64,000 bases of DNA. Source: Macrostomum lignano. Lineage: Eukaryota. Where the stretch lies: NCBI GenBank assembly GCA_002269645.1, contig NIVC01004000.1, positions 1 to 64,000 on the forward strand, in the 5' to 3' direction. Each line of letters opens with the position of its first letter. Position 1 is the stretch's first letter. Below are positions 38,330 through 49,713 of this stretch, piece by piece. The notes under the pieces were generated by a model. It had not been told where the DNA came from. It searched no databases and saw nothing but the letters and a program-made list of their open reading frames with translations. The translations under genes were made by a program, and so were the position numbers.

Positions 38330-39450
38330 GTCAGAGTGGTGGCTGAGCAGCAGGTCGGTGAGCTGGGGCCCGGTGCCCCGTGTGTGGGCACGCAGGCAGA
38401 GGCCGATCAACATCTGGCGTCGTCTCTGCGACCACGCGGGTCCGGGCCGCCAGCTCGGCGTTGCTCACGCGCTCGGGGAACCGGATGCCCAGGGCATTGT
38501 GCATGAGGTGGCGATGGCAGCCCTCCAAGCTCGCCTGACGAGTGGCAGTCATGGGAACAGCTACCAGCAGCCCGTAGGTCAGCACCGTCTCAACTGCCGA
38601 GCGGAATAGGGCGACGTTCAGGCTGTCGGTGGCGAGCCAGTAGTTGAAGATGGAGCGGAGAAGGTGGGAGGCCCACCAGGCTGTGCTTGCGGTTGTTGAC
38701 AATGACATCCGGGTCAGAGACCAGGACACCCCAGATACTTGAACTGGTTGCACAGGGCGATGGTGTTGCTGTCCGGCAGAAGCAGCAGTGGAGAGTTGGC
38801 AATGCCAACATGCAGCACCTCTGCCTTGCCGTAGTTGATGTGGAGCCCCACGCGCTTCCCCTCGTTGGTCCGCCGACTCACCGCCGTCTGCGCAGCTTTG
38901 AGACTGCAGCAGGTCAGCGCCAGGTCGTCGGCGCAGGCGAGGCAGGTCGGCTTGACGCAGGCAAAGCGGGAGCTACGGCGAAGCACCACTTCATAGCCGT
39001 CTTCATCGCGCAGAGCCAACCGCATGACGAAGTCGATCAGGATGACGAATACAAACAGGTGTCGCTTTGCGGAAGTGGTTGTCAATTCAGCTTTAGGGCC
39101 GTGGTCAGTCTAGACGAAAGCGCCTTGGATGAGCTGTAGAGGTCCATGATCGCCTGGACCAGCATCTGAGAAACTCCATGCTGCTGGAGGAGCTACGCAA
39201 TGGCCTGGCCGCCCGGCTGACTGAGTCAAAAGCTTTGCACAAATCTGCAAAAACAATTGACACCGCCTTTTGGCGAGTCTTGCAGGTGTCTATGATGCAC
39301 CGGACCGCAGCGACTTGTTTTTGCTGTTGACCGTCCAGGTTGGAAGCCGTTCTGGATATTGAGAAGCCTCTGGTTGATGATGGGTTGAATGCGGTTTCGA
39401 AGGATGGTGTTAGGACTTTGGCCAGGGTGCACTCCAGGGCGAAGTGACTG
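38330..39450 (-). mobile_element. Degenerate non-LTR retrotransposon reverse transcriptase (RTE-like LINE)
   Basis: Frameshifted RT motifs QNGFQPGRST, FADLCKAFDSVSR, ACADDLAL, GLHINYGKAEVL, CNQFKYLG; related to 51995-52930. Confidence 0.85.
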
Positions 39451-39929
39451 ATATTGACGTACGATATTGACCCACAATATTGACGTACACTGTCGTTTCC
39501 TTTACTCACATTTCGAGTTCATACTAGCAAATATTGACTTAATGTTCCCACTTTTATACCTTCATTTTATTTATTCTAATTGTGTTGTACTTCCGGATGT
39601 GCTTCGCGGATTGCTAGCTGGATTACGCTGGGGTGATTGGCCAGGTGCACGCTGTAGCCGCCTTCAGAGAGCCAGCGCTGAGAAGACTGATCCGACACCA
39701 ACCTTTGTGAACTGTAGTCTGTTCCCCGGCGGTGTGCGTTGTTGTTTTTTTAGAAGCTCATACGACTTGCCTCCCACGCTGGGATTAGCTGCATCGATTG
39801 GGAAAATACCAGCCCACCTGCTACGTGTATCACATTCCTGGGAGTGCAAATCGACAGCACATCCGGTCTAGCTGCTATCCCTGCCGCAGAGCAAGACAGA
39901 TGAGCTGCGGATGTTGCTGCGTGGAGGTT

Positions 39930-40150
39930 TGAGCGCTAAGAGTCTGTCAAAGCTTCAACTTCAAAAGCTGGTGGGCAAAATCGGCTGGTTTTTGCAAGGT
40001 GGCTCGCCCCGCTCGAGTCTTTCTGCGAGCTCGAATTGACGTCACCAACACCATCAATGGGTGTCATCGCCGGATTCCCGTGGCGGGCGAGCTCCGCGTT
40101 CAACTGGACTGGTGGCAGCATGGCCTTCCGCCTTTCCATGCAATCGTCTC
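39930..40150 (+). mobile_element. DIRS/Ngaro-like retrotransposon pol fragment (RT-RNase H connection)
   Basis: VFLRARIDV...HRRIPVAGELRVQLDWW resembles the FLRRLIDL...DL.WW motif of tyrosine-recombinase retroelements as recalled. Confidence 0.5.
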
Positions 40151-40907
40151 TGGTGCTAAAGCCCCTGGTGCTAAAGCCCCTGGTGCTAAAGCCCCTGGTG
40201 CTAAAGCCCCTGGTGCTAAAGCCCCTGGTGCTAAAGCCCCTGGTGCTAAAGCCCCTGGTGCTAAAGCCCCTGGTGCTAAAGCCCCTGGTGCTAAAGCCCC
40301 TGGTGCTAAAGCCCCTGGTGCTAAAGCCCCTGGTGCTGAAGCATTTGGTGCTAAAACCACTGGTGCTAAAGCACTTGGTGCTAAAGCCACTGGTGCTAAA
40401 ACCACTGGTGCTAAAACCACTGGTGCTAAAGCCACTGGTGCTAAAACCACTGGTGCTAAAACCACTGGTGCTAAAGCCACTGGTGCTAAAGCCACTGGTG
40501 CTAAAACCATTGGTGCTAAAGCCACTGGAGCTAAAGCCACTGGTGCTAAAGCCACTGGTGCTAAAGCCACTGGTGCTAAAGCCACTGGTGCTAAAGTCCC
40601 TGGTGCTAAAGCCACTGGTGCTAAAACCATTGGTGCTAAAGCCCCTGGTGCTAAAGCCCCTGGTGCTAAAGCCCCTGGTGCTAAAGCCCCTGGTGCTAAA
40701 GCCCCTGGTGCTAAAGCCCCTGGTGCTAAAGCCCTTGGTGCTAAAGCCCCTGGTGCTAAAGCCCCTGGTGCTAAAGCCCCTGGTGCTAAAGCCCCTGGTG
40801 CTAAAACCACTGGTGCTAAAACCACTGGTGCTAAAGCCACTGGTGCTAAAGCCCCTGGTGCTAAAGCCACTGGTGCTAAAACCACTGGTGCTAAATATCC
40901 TGGTGCT
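40151..40907. repeat. 15-bp minisatellite (TGGTGCTAAAGCCCC), about 50 copies
   Basis: Tandem array; reads GAKAP or VLKPL in two stop-free frames. Confidence 0.96.
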
Positions 40908-41335
40908 GACGCTTCAGCGCCCTCCATAATTAATCCTACCCGGCAGCTTACACTCCTGCAAGCTGAAACCGAGCAGTCCGTGCCAGCGGTAATTGCCATA
41001 GCAGTTTTTTTCTCTCTAATACCACAATAGACAATACAGTGCTGCACAAATAGCTCGTACTTCTCTATCCTCTTGAAAATCGCAATACATCTAATTGAAT
41101 GAGAAATTGCAATAAAACAGGCAATTAAAAATGAGTTAAAACACTGTCCTGTGTATTATTTATAAACCGATCCAGTAAAGTAAACGAAATTAAATTTCCT
41201 GACCAGTAGAACTCTAGAATATTAACAAAACTTCTCAGGCTTTTGTCTTGAGCTGCGCCTTAAACTGTCAATTATCTCGGTTTCGTCCTTAATAAATAAA
41301 ACTGCAGCTGATGGTTGCGGAGCGGTCTCCGCAAT

Positions 41336-41884
41336 CTAGAGGATTATTTGCGTACCAGTGGTGGTGGCCACAATGCCTGCGATCTTCTTCTCGCCTTTCT
41401 TCTTCCGCTGCTCCAGCAGAGACTCCTGCTTGGTGCGCTCGGTTGCTATGGTTTCAAGGAGCTGTTTGTTTCGCTGTCGCATTTTCGCTTTGGCCTCGTC
41501 CAATTTCTTCTTGTATTCTTTTTCTTCTGCCTCCTGCTTTTTCTTCTTTTCGGCTTCGTCAGTTTCCTCTTTCGGCTTTTTCTTTAGCGTGTAAGACTTG
41601 TAGAACTCTTTCACTGTTAATATAGCATGGGGAAAAGTGTGTTTTGTCAGAGTCTGTTCATAAACTGACTGACTTTTTAAGGCTTTGTCATCACGGCTGT
41701 TAATGGCATGAAATTCCCCTCTTATAGTCCTTTTTACTGTTTTTACTGAATGAAAACATGCGGTTGGAATTGCCAACTCACCCTTATTGACCGCCGCTTT
41801 GCATCCGCTGCTATAGTCCGGCAGCACAGCTAGCAGAATGACTGCCAGCAACAGGCATTTCATCGACCATTTCAATAGCACCAT
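41336..41884 (-). CDS. Orphan secreted cationic coiled-coil protein 2 (126 aa spliced; 182 aa if the 168-nt intron is retained)
   Basis: Signal peptide ...LLAVLPDYSSG-CKAAVNK; phase-1 donor G|gtgagt at 41781 and acceptor ttaacag| at 41614. C-terminus EYKKKLDEAKAKMRQR...KKIAGIVATTTGTQIIL aligns with the 37032 gene. Confidence 0.82.
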   Translation of the reverse strand: MVLLKWSMKCLLLAVILLAVLPDYSSGCKAAVNKGELAIPTACFHSVKTVKRTIRGEFHAINSRDDKALKSQSVYEQTLTKHTFPHAILTVKEFYKSYTLKKKPKEETDEAEKKKKQEAEEKEYKKKLDEAKAKMRQRNKQLLETIATERTKQESLLEQRKKKGEKKIAGIVATTTGTQIIL

Positions 41885-42330
41885 TTCAAGCTAATCTGAT
41901 TTGCAGTCCGAGCTTCTTCTTCTAGCCCGCGTCTCGCAAAGTGCACTTTTGTCTACCTAACTATGATTTTCTCAGCCGCTTCTTTACCTGTGAGTGAGCC
42001 CATAGATAGGGTGGCTGCTGTAGACTGTGGGCAATCTTTTAACTATTAACTGTGCATGTTTTATGGCTAGCAAACTCTGCGAGTTCGCAATCGATCAAAA
42101 CGTAAATTTTAACAAAAAAAACTTTGCGAACTTTAGTCCCAGAGATGCCAACCGGAAAAAAACACATGCTAAACTTTCAAAGTCAACCATGCACTTGGAT
42201 GACATTGTTGACTTATCAAGTTTGCAAAGTATCATTGTCATGAACTTAAACAGTATATGCAATGCTTTTGTCAAAGTTCAATCGACTTGAAAAGTTTACA
42301 AAGTACACGCCTGTCTCTACATCCAAGTAC

Positions 42331-43028
42331 CAAGGACGACTTAAGTAGAAGGACGGGAAACCTCGTTTCTTAGAAAATTTTTGAAGGCACTTTTTCCCGA
42401 AAAAATACACTACGGAGATAGGAAATTTTCATTTTTTCAGCACAAAAATTGCTATTACTTTTGATAGGAGGCAGATCCAGTGCTCATCTTTTGATATGTT
42501 GTGCCTTTTTTATTGCTCTATCGATATTTATAAAGCTTTTAGTTCAGAAAATTAGGATTATATGTCAATTTTTTATTCTACGTACATTTCCTGTATCTGA
42601 AAATCACAAAAATGCATGACACAGCTCCAATATTTGCTTTTATGAACCTGTTTTATCATCTCTGTTACGAATATTTGCTAAACAGTCAGTTAAGAATGAT
42701 AAAATAGACTTCTAAAACCAAAGAGCCGAGCCGTGGCATTCTAATGTATTTCAATCACAAGACACGTGGAAATATACGGAGAATAAAAAATTTACATAGA
42801 ATCCTAATTTTCTGAACTAAAAGCTTTGTAAATATCGATAGAGCAATAAAAAAGGCACAACATATCAAAAGATGAGCACTGGATCTGCCTCCTATCAAAA
42901 GTAATAGCAATTTTTGTGCTGAAAAAATGAAAATTTCCTATCTCCGTAGTGTATTTTTTCGGGAAAAAGTGCCTTCAAAAATTTTCTAAGAAACAAGGTT
43001 TCCCGTCCTTCTACTTAAGTCGTCCTTG
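42331..43028. mobile_element. Non-autonomous long-TIR element with CAAGG termini and 8-bp TSD (P-superfamily-like), 698 bp
   Basis: TIRs of about 230 bp, near perfect; identical flanks CCAAGTAC at 42323-42330 and 43029-43036. Confidence 0.9.
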
Positions 43029-43562
43029 CCAAGTACTTGGAAAGTACTTATCGAATGTACTTTACTTAGGCTGTCCTCGCCACGAGGTTCCATTGTTGAC
43101 TTATCAAGTAATTAGCAAGTTTGGTTTGTTTTTTCCTCGGGCAGGCACAACCCCCCTTGGAAGCAGTGTTGCTTTCGCTTTTCTGTGATCTTCCTCTCCA
43201 TGCAGCCACGGTGTGCACATGTACTTTTAACCTGATAAGCAATTAATAGGAAAGTCAAGTAAAGTTTTTCGAAATTCACTGCCGCCACACTTAGTGGAAC
43301 ATGAGTCTGTATTCTGTCTAACTGTAATTGTTGAAAGTGTTTAAGCATTTTTCCAGCATCAGATAAACTAAATACAAAAGTTGCCAATGCTAATGAAACA
43401 ACTACGAGTATAAATGCATTACAGAGGCCTTAAAATGTAGAGGAAATCAAATTGCACTCAATTAACAAATGAAAGCTGGAAAGAAATAGTAAATGTCTGT
43501 CATGGTGTACTAAGCGTAGAGATTGTAAGGTCGTAGCCAACATTTTTGTCCGTGGCCGGCTT

Positions 43563-45309
43563 CTATTTGTATGTGACAGGAGGCGGAGCGCTCTCGCTTT
43601 GCATCCGATTCTTCTTGTTATTTGTGTAGCCCAAACTGACACCACCAATGGTACCGGCGGCAAGCATTCCAGTGCCAACACTGATTCCGGCTGTTTTTGT
43701 CGCACTGGGGCTTTTTTTAGCTGTTTTGCCCACCTTCTCGGCGCTTTGGGCAATATCGGCGGCCGCTTTCGGCGCCTTCTTTCCGCGTCCGAATACTCGA
43801 CCGACGCGCCTGCCAACCGCCTTGACCGCTGCGTGCGAATTAGAAGCGGGTTGGGGTTGCGGCTCTCAGTTTCGGATCAGTGCCTGCCTATACTATAGTT
43901 GTAACAATATTCACAGGGGACTGTAGCCTAGTGGTTCAAGGTCGGGGGTTCGATTCCTGATCCTACTGGAACAATTTGTGTCCTTGAGAAAGACACTTAA
44001 CCTCTGCATAGCTTCAGTTCACCCAGCTGTAAAATGGGTGCCAGCATTAGCTGGGGTAATTGAGGCTGTGTGTGGCGACCCCCCAGTCCTTGGACTGAAC
44101 AGCCGCTGAGATAACTGCGGCTGAGCTGTCGGTTGCACATATTTCCATTACGGCAGCACAAAGTCCCGAGCACATTTAAGTGCGCCAATATCAAAACTTT
44201 TCGGCCTATGATATAAGCATTCTTTCTTTCAGAATTAAATCTTAGCAGCGCATTCGAGGCCACTCGGCAACTCCCCCATACGCCCCCGAACCAAATGGGT
44301 GATTCCCTATGAGCCCTGAATCAATTAACAGGGTGATTCCTCTAGAGGCCTGAACCTACTAGGTGATTCCCTATGAGCCCTGAACCAACTGGGTGATTCC
44401 CTATGAGCCCTGAACCAACTGGGTGATTCCCTATGAGCCCTGAATCAATTAACAGGGTGATTCCTCTAGAGGCCTGAACTTACTAGGTGATTCCCTATGA
44501 GCCCTGAACCAACTGGGTGATTCCCTATGAGCCCTAAATCAATTAACAGGGTGATTCCTCTAGAGGCCTGAACCTACTAGGTGATTCCCTATGAGCCCTG
44601 AACCAACTGGGTGATTCCCTATGAGCCCTAAACCAACTGGGTGATTCCTCATGAGCCCTGAACCAACTGGATGATTCCCCTCATGAGCTCTGAACCAACT
44701 GGGTGATTCCTCATGAGCCCTGAACCAACTGGGTGACTCCTCATGAGCCCTGAACCAACTGGGTGATTCCTCATGAGCTCTGAACCAACTGGGTGATTCC
44801 TCATGAGCTCTGAACCAACTGGGTGATTCCTCATGAGCCCTGAACCAACTGGGTGATTCCTCATGAGCCCTGAACCAACTGGGTGACTCCTCATGAGCCC
44901 TGAACCAACTGGGTGATTCCTCATGAGCCCTGAACCAACCGGGTGATTCCCCCCATGAGCCCTGAACCAACTGGGTGATTCCTCATGAGCCCTGAACCAA
45001 CCGGGTGATTCCCCCCATGAGCCCTGAACCAACTGGGTGATTCCTCATGAGCCCTGAACCAACCGGGTGATTCCCCCCATGAGCCCTGAACCAACCGGGT
45101 GATTCCGCAAGAGCACTACTGTAAACCAATTTTGATACTAATGCCAATTGGGTAATTCTCTTATGCATTATAGTATAATTTCTAATTTTAAGGCACATAA
45201 GCAAGGCTGACTACTTACCACCTTTCAATTTCCTAAAGCAGCCATCGCCAGGTTCGATGAGGATCACCAGCACAATGGTAAATAACAATGCTAATCTTAT
45301 GTAACCCAT
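43563..45309 (-). CDS. Orphan secreted cationic glycine-zipper peptide precursor 1, 2 exons, 118 aa
   Basis: Exons 45309-45219 (MGYIRLALLFTIVLVILIEPGDG-CFRKLKG; G|gtaagt) and 43828-43563 (cacgcag|; AVKAVGRRVGRVFGRGKKAPKAA...GTGMLAAGTIGGVSLGY...TYK*). Confidence 0.82.
43916..44145 (+). mobile_element. tRNA-derived SINE family 2 copy with a deletion in the tRNA head
   Basis: Aligns to 12909-13190 and 14000-14275. Confidence 0.85.
44290..45105. repeat. About 30-bp minisatellite (TGATTCCCTATGAGCCCTGAACCAACTGGG) in the intron of the 45309 gene
   Basis: Tandem copies visible. Confidence 0.93.
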
Positions 45310-45744
45310 TATAGGTCCCAGTTATTCTCTACTCTCTTGTATGACTGCTCTATTGAAGTGATATTTCTACCAAGATGACAACTACAACCGGCAAGTGATG
45401 CATCGAGGCTCAAGTTGCTTTTTTCGGCAATCAAATTTTTAGCGATTTCAAGCATTTAGGTTGATAGTAGATTACCATAGACATGATCTGACTGCCGTAT
45501 AATAATAAAAAAGTCCCTTTATTAAAAAAGTAACAAATTACTGCAGCAAACAACAAGCTCTTATTCACTGCACCAGTATAATTATAATTAGTCGTCTTGC
45601 AGTTTTGTTCGAGATAGAATTAAGTAAAACTTAAGCAAAGACCACCTTTGCAATGCATTTAAATGTTTATATTCGAATAAATGACATTATTACGCTGTGG
45701 TTTATTTTATTCTGATCACCAAGGCGGATGGTGATGGGTGGGTG

Positions 45745-46005
45745 GTTACCAAGGTGGATGATTACCAAGGTGGGTGATTACCAAGGTGGGTGATTACCAA
45801 GGTGGATGATTACCAAGGTGGACGATTACCAAGGTGGGTGATTACCAAGGTGGGTGATTACCAAGGTGGGTGATTACCAAGGTGGGTGATTACCAAGGTG
45901 GGTGATTACCAAGGTGGGTGATTACCAAGGTGGATGATTACCAAGGTGGGTGATTACCAAGGTGGGTGATTACCAAGGTGGGTGATTACCAAGGTGGGTG
46001 ATTAC
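45745..46005. repeat. 16-bp minisatellite (CCAAGGTGGGTGATTA), about 16 copies
   Basis: Tandem copies visible. Confidence 0.94.
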
Positions 46006-46513
46006 GCGACCCGCCAATTAAAGTCGCAGGATGGTAGACAGGCGTGGCAGCGAGGTCCTCGAGTGCAGAGCCATAAGTGGAGAACCAAATAAAAACGAAA
46101 CTTAAGTTAGAAGACTACTGTGCAAGCTTAAAAGAATTGAGTACATAGTCACTATAAGAATATATGAGATATAATCTGTGAAGCACAACTGAAACTGTCT
46201 AAGAAGCTTTATTTATATTATATGTTAAAACTAAAGTCACGAGTCCTCTGCCGATGACATACCGGTAAAAATAACATCCAGTAAAACAAAATTTACAAAA
46301 ACACATTTCAACTGCTCAAAGTGCAATTTTGGCAAACTACGTAGATCTGGATCTAATTTAAAAGAAACTGTGCTGATTTAAAAATAAATTTTAAAAGAAA
46401 AATTTTTGGTAAATTGGCTATATACTTAACAATTGAATACGCAACGAGTATTTCGAGTATAAGAATACCGCAAAGTACACATTATTTCCTTATGCATGTC
46501 TGTGCAGGGTCTC

Positions 46514-47902
46514 TTAGTGGGTGACGTACGAACCGCTGCTCATGCCTTTTTTCTTCTCTTTTTCCCCCACGTACACGGCGCCCCCCAGTGCCGCACCTCC
46601 AACCGTGCCACCAATGAGGAGCGAGCGCGCCGTGCTGAAGCTCTTGGACTTCTTGGCCACCTTGCCAACGTCGTCCGCAGAATTCGCAATGACTTTGGCG
46701 GCTTTTGGGCGTCTGGCTATTTTGAACACCTTGCCGACTCTCTTGAAAGCTGGGGGCGCGAGAAGTTTTGTTAGAATGAAATGAATGAATGCCCAGTGGC
46801 ATTTAGAAAATAATAGCAATAAAAATTGGGATACGCTTCGGCGACATCTTCCCGCAGCCGCAGCCCTGAGGCAATTCTGCATGCAAGCGCGCCTCACACA
46901 GGGTGTACACAAGCGCGCCTCACACAGGGTGTACACAAGCGCGCCTCACACAGGGTGTACACAAGCGCGCCTCACACAGGGTGTACACAAGCGCGCCTCA
47001 CACAGGGTGTACACAAGCGCGCCTCACACAGGGTGTACACAAGCGCGCCTCACACAGGGTGTACACAAGCGCGCCTCACACAGGGTGTACACAAGCGCGC
47101 CTCACACAGGGTGTACACAAGCGCGCCTTACTCGAAATCTAATGGTAAATGTTTTGAAGGCAACTTTTCGCCTTTATATTGGTCTTGTAATTATTTTAAA
47201 CTTTTTTTTAAGTGACAGACCAATTTAACATAAAAAATCGATTAATGCGTCGTTAGAGCAGCATGTGAGGCACAAAATAGTGTGATTAGAACTTTCTCTG
47301 ACACTATTAAGAGACCCAATCACTGTTTTAGTGTTGAAAATCGGGAAATTTCCTATCTCCTTTGTGTATTTTTCCGGTGAAACCGCTGCCTTTAAAACCA
47401 TTTCTGGACGAAAAGCTTTATGAATATCGATAGAGCAATAAAAAAAGGCACAACATATCAAAATATGAACACTGGATCTGCCTCCTATCAAAAGCAATAA
47501 CAATTTTTGTGCTACAAAGATTAAATCCTCTTATCTCTCTAGTGTATTTTTCGGCGAAAAGTTGCCGTCAAAATATTTACCATTAGATTTCGAGTGTTGC
47601 GTTCTTCTACTTAAGTTGTCCTTGGGTGTACAGCGGCCCTTTGACTGTCTAATCATCAGGCATGTACACTTTCTGTGCCCGAATCGCACGACAGCTCCCT
47701 CCCGCGTTGATCTCAGTACGAGCGTGTTAAAAAAGGCCGTATGAATTCGAACAGTCTCAAGTTTTACCAATTTCATTGCCAACTGCAAGACTGACTACTT
47801 ACCACCTTTCAAAGCCTTCAATTTCTTGACACAGCCTTCACCAGGTTCGATGAGGATCACCAGCACAATGCTAAATAGCAATGCTAATCTTATGCATCCC
47901 AT
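46514..47902 (-). CDS. Orphan secreted cationic glycine-zipper peptide precursor 2, 2 exons, 111 aa
   Basis: Exons 47902-47803 (MGCIRLALLFSIVLVILIEPGEG-CVKKLKALKG; G|gtaagt) and 46749-46514 (cccccag|; AFKRVGKVFKIARRPKAA...LLIGGTVGGAALGGAVYVG...VTH*); paralog of the 45309 gene. Confidence 0.84.
46884..47128. repeat. 26-bp minisatellite (CAAGCGCGCCTCACACAGGGTGTACA), 9 perfect copies plus a partial one
   Basis: Exact tandem copies at 46884-47117; the unit contains the TSD and first TIR bases of the adjacent MITE. Confidence 0.96.
47118..47624. mobile_element. Second, more diverged copy of the CAAGG-terminal (P-like) element, left end damaged
   Basis: 47405-47624 aligns to the right TIR of 42331-43028; GGTGTACA flanks both ends (47110-47117 and 47625-47632). 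Confidence 0.78.
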
Positions 47903-48224
47903 TTAGGTTGCAGTTAAGTTATTTTTTAAACAGACACTCCTGTAGGGCTGTTGAAGAACAGATTAAACCGATATTTCTACGAAGATTACGAAAAAGTTTT
48001 GTTGGCAATAAATAAATTTCGTTGGTTTGACAATAAATTGCCATAGACAATTTTAAATTGGCATCTTAAGAAAGACGCCGCTCATCTAAAATGCGATCAG
48101 AAGCAAACAGGAGAAACTGAGAGTAGGTGGGCTTGTTAAAATTGTGTTTTGACACAGCCTATGTCAAATTATTTATTGTAAAAAGCCTACAGCGTCATCA
48201 AAACAGCATGACGTTAGAATCTAA

Positions 48225-49300
48225 GACTTAGAAGAGGAAGGAGAAGATAAGAGGATAGATGAGATGAGAGATTAAAGGAAAGAGGAGATAAGAGTATAGA
48301 TGAGATCAAATATGAAAGGAAAGCGGAGATAAGAGGATAGATAATTTGAGAGATGAAAGGAAAGAGGGGATGAGAGGATAAATGAGATGAGAGATGGAGA
48401 GATGAAAGAAGAAATGAGATGAAAGAAGAGATAAGAGGAAAGAAGAGATGAGAGATGAAAGAAGAGTTGAGGGATGAAAGAAGAGATGAGAGGAAAGAAG
48501 AGATGAGAGGAAAGATAAGATAAGAGGATAGATGAGATGAAGGATGAGAGATGAGAGGAAGAAGAGATAAGAGGATAGATGAGATGAGAGATGAGAGATG
48601 AAAGGAAAGAAGAGATGAGAGGATAAATGAGAGGAGAGATGAAAGAAGAGATGAGATGAAAGAAGAGATAAGAGGAAAGAAGAGATGAGATGAAAAAAGA
48701 GATGAGAGATGAAAGAAGAGTTGAGAGATGAAAGAAGAGATGAGAGTAAAGAAGAGATAAGAGGATAGATGGGATGAGTGATGAGAGATGAGAGGAAGAA
48801 GAGATAAGAGGATAGATGAGATGAGAGATGAGAGATGAAAGGAAAGAAGAGATAAGAGGATAAATGAGAGGAGAGATGAAAGAAGAGATGAGATGAAAGA
48901 AGAGATGAGATGATAGATGAGAGGAGAGATGAAAGAAGGGATGAGATGAAAGAAGAGATGAGATGATAGATGAGAGGAGAGATGAAAGAAGGGATGAGAT
49001 GAAAGAAGAGATGAGAGATGAAAGAAGAGATGAGAGGATAGATGAGATGAGGGATGAGAGATGAGAGGAAAGAAGAGATAAGAGGATAAATGAGATGAGA
49101 GATGAGAGGAAAGAAGAGATAAGAGGATAGATAAGATGAGAAATGAGAGATGAAAGAAAAGAAGAGATGAGATGATAGATGAGAGGAGAGATGAAGAAAG
49201 AAATGAGATGAAAGAAGAGATGAGAGGAAAGAAGAGATGAGAGATGAAAGGAAAGAAAAGAGAGGAGAGAGAGGAGATGAGAGGGGAGATTAGAGAGCGG
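48225..49300. repeat. Purine-rich (GA) low-complexity satellite
   Basis: GAGAT/GAAAG mosaics; source of the spurious 402-aa SSL ORF. Confidence 0.92.
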
Positions 49301-49713
49301 AGGTAGGCCAGATGATTGCTATTGTGAAGTTTCAAAGGACTCGAGGGCCAGATAGAAAGGCAATTCGCAGGTCGCGTGTGGAATCTATCACTTCTTTCGT
49401 CTTCACCTTGAATTAAACCCATGGGATTCTTCCGTCATAGCCGAGCAGTAAACTATTTATGTATTTATTTGTTTAAATAATCTTCAAGTTACAAAAATAG
49501 TATCTACATCAATCGATAGAGAGTAGTTGTATCTATGGTCTGAATTAATTATATGTAGTAATTCTGGATATAGAAAAAAATCTGATTGCCCCAAATAACC
49601 AAGCAAGCTAGCGAAGGCCAATATTGAAATAATATTGATTTTCCAACTAAAACAACAGACCCACACAAATTTCTTCATGTACAAGCTCCAGTAAATGCTC
49701 AGGCAGACTTCTC

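Noticed and set aside
48214-49422. 402-aa Ser/Leu-rich ORF
   Set aside because: Translation of a GA/CT low-complexity satellite, which rarely generates stop codons on the CT strand.
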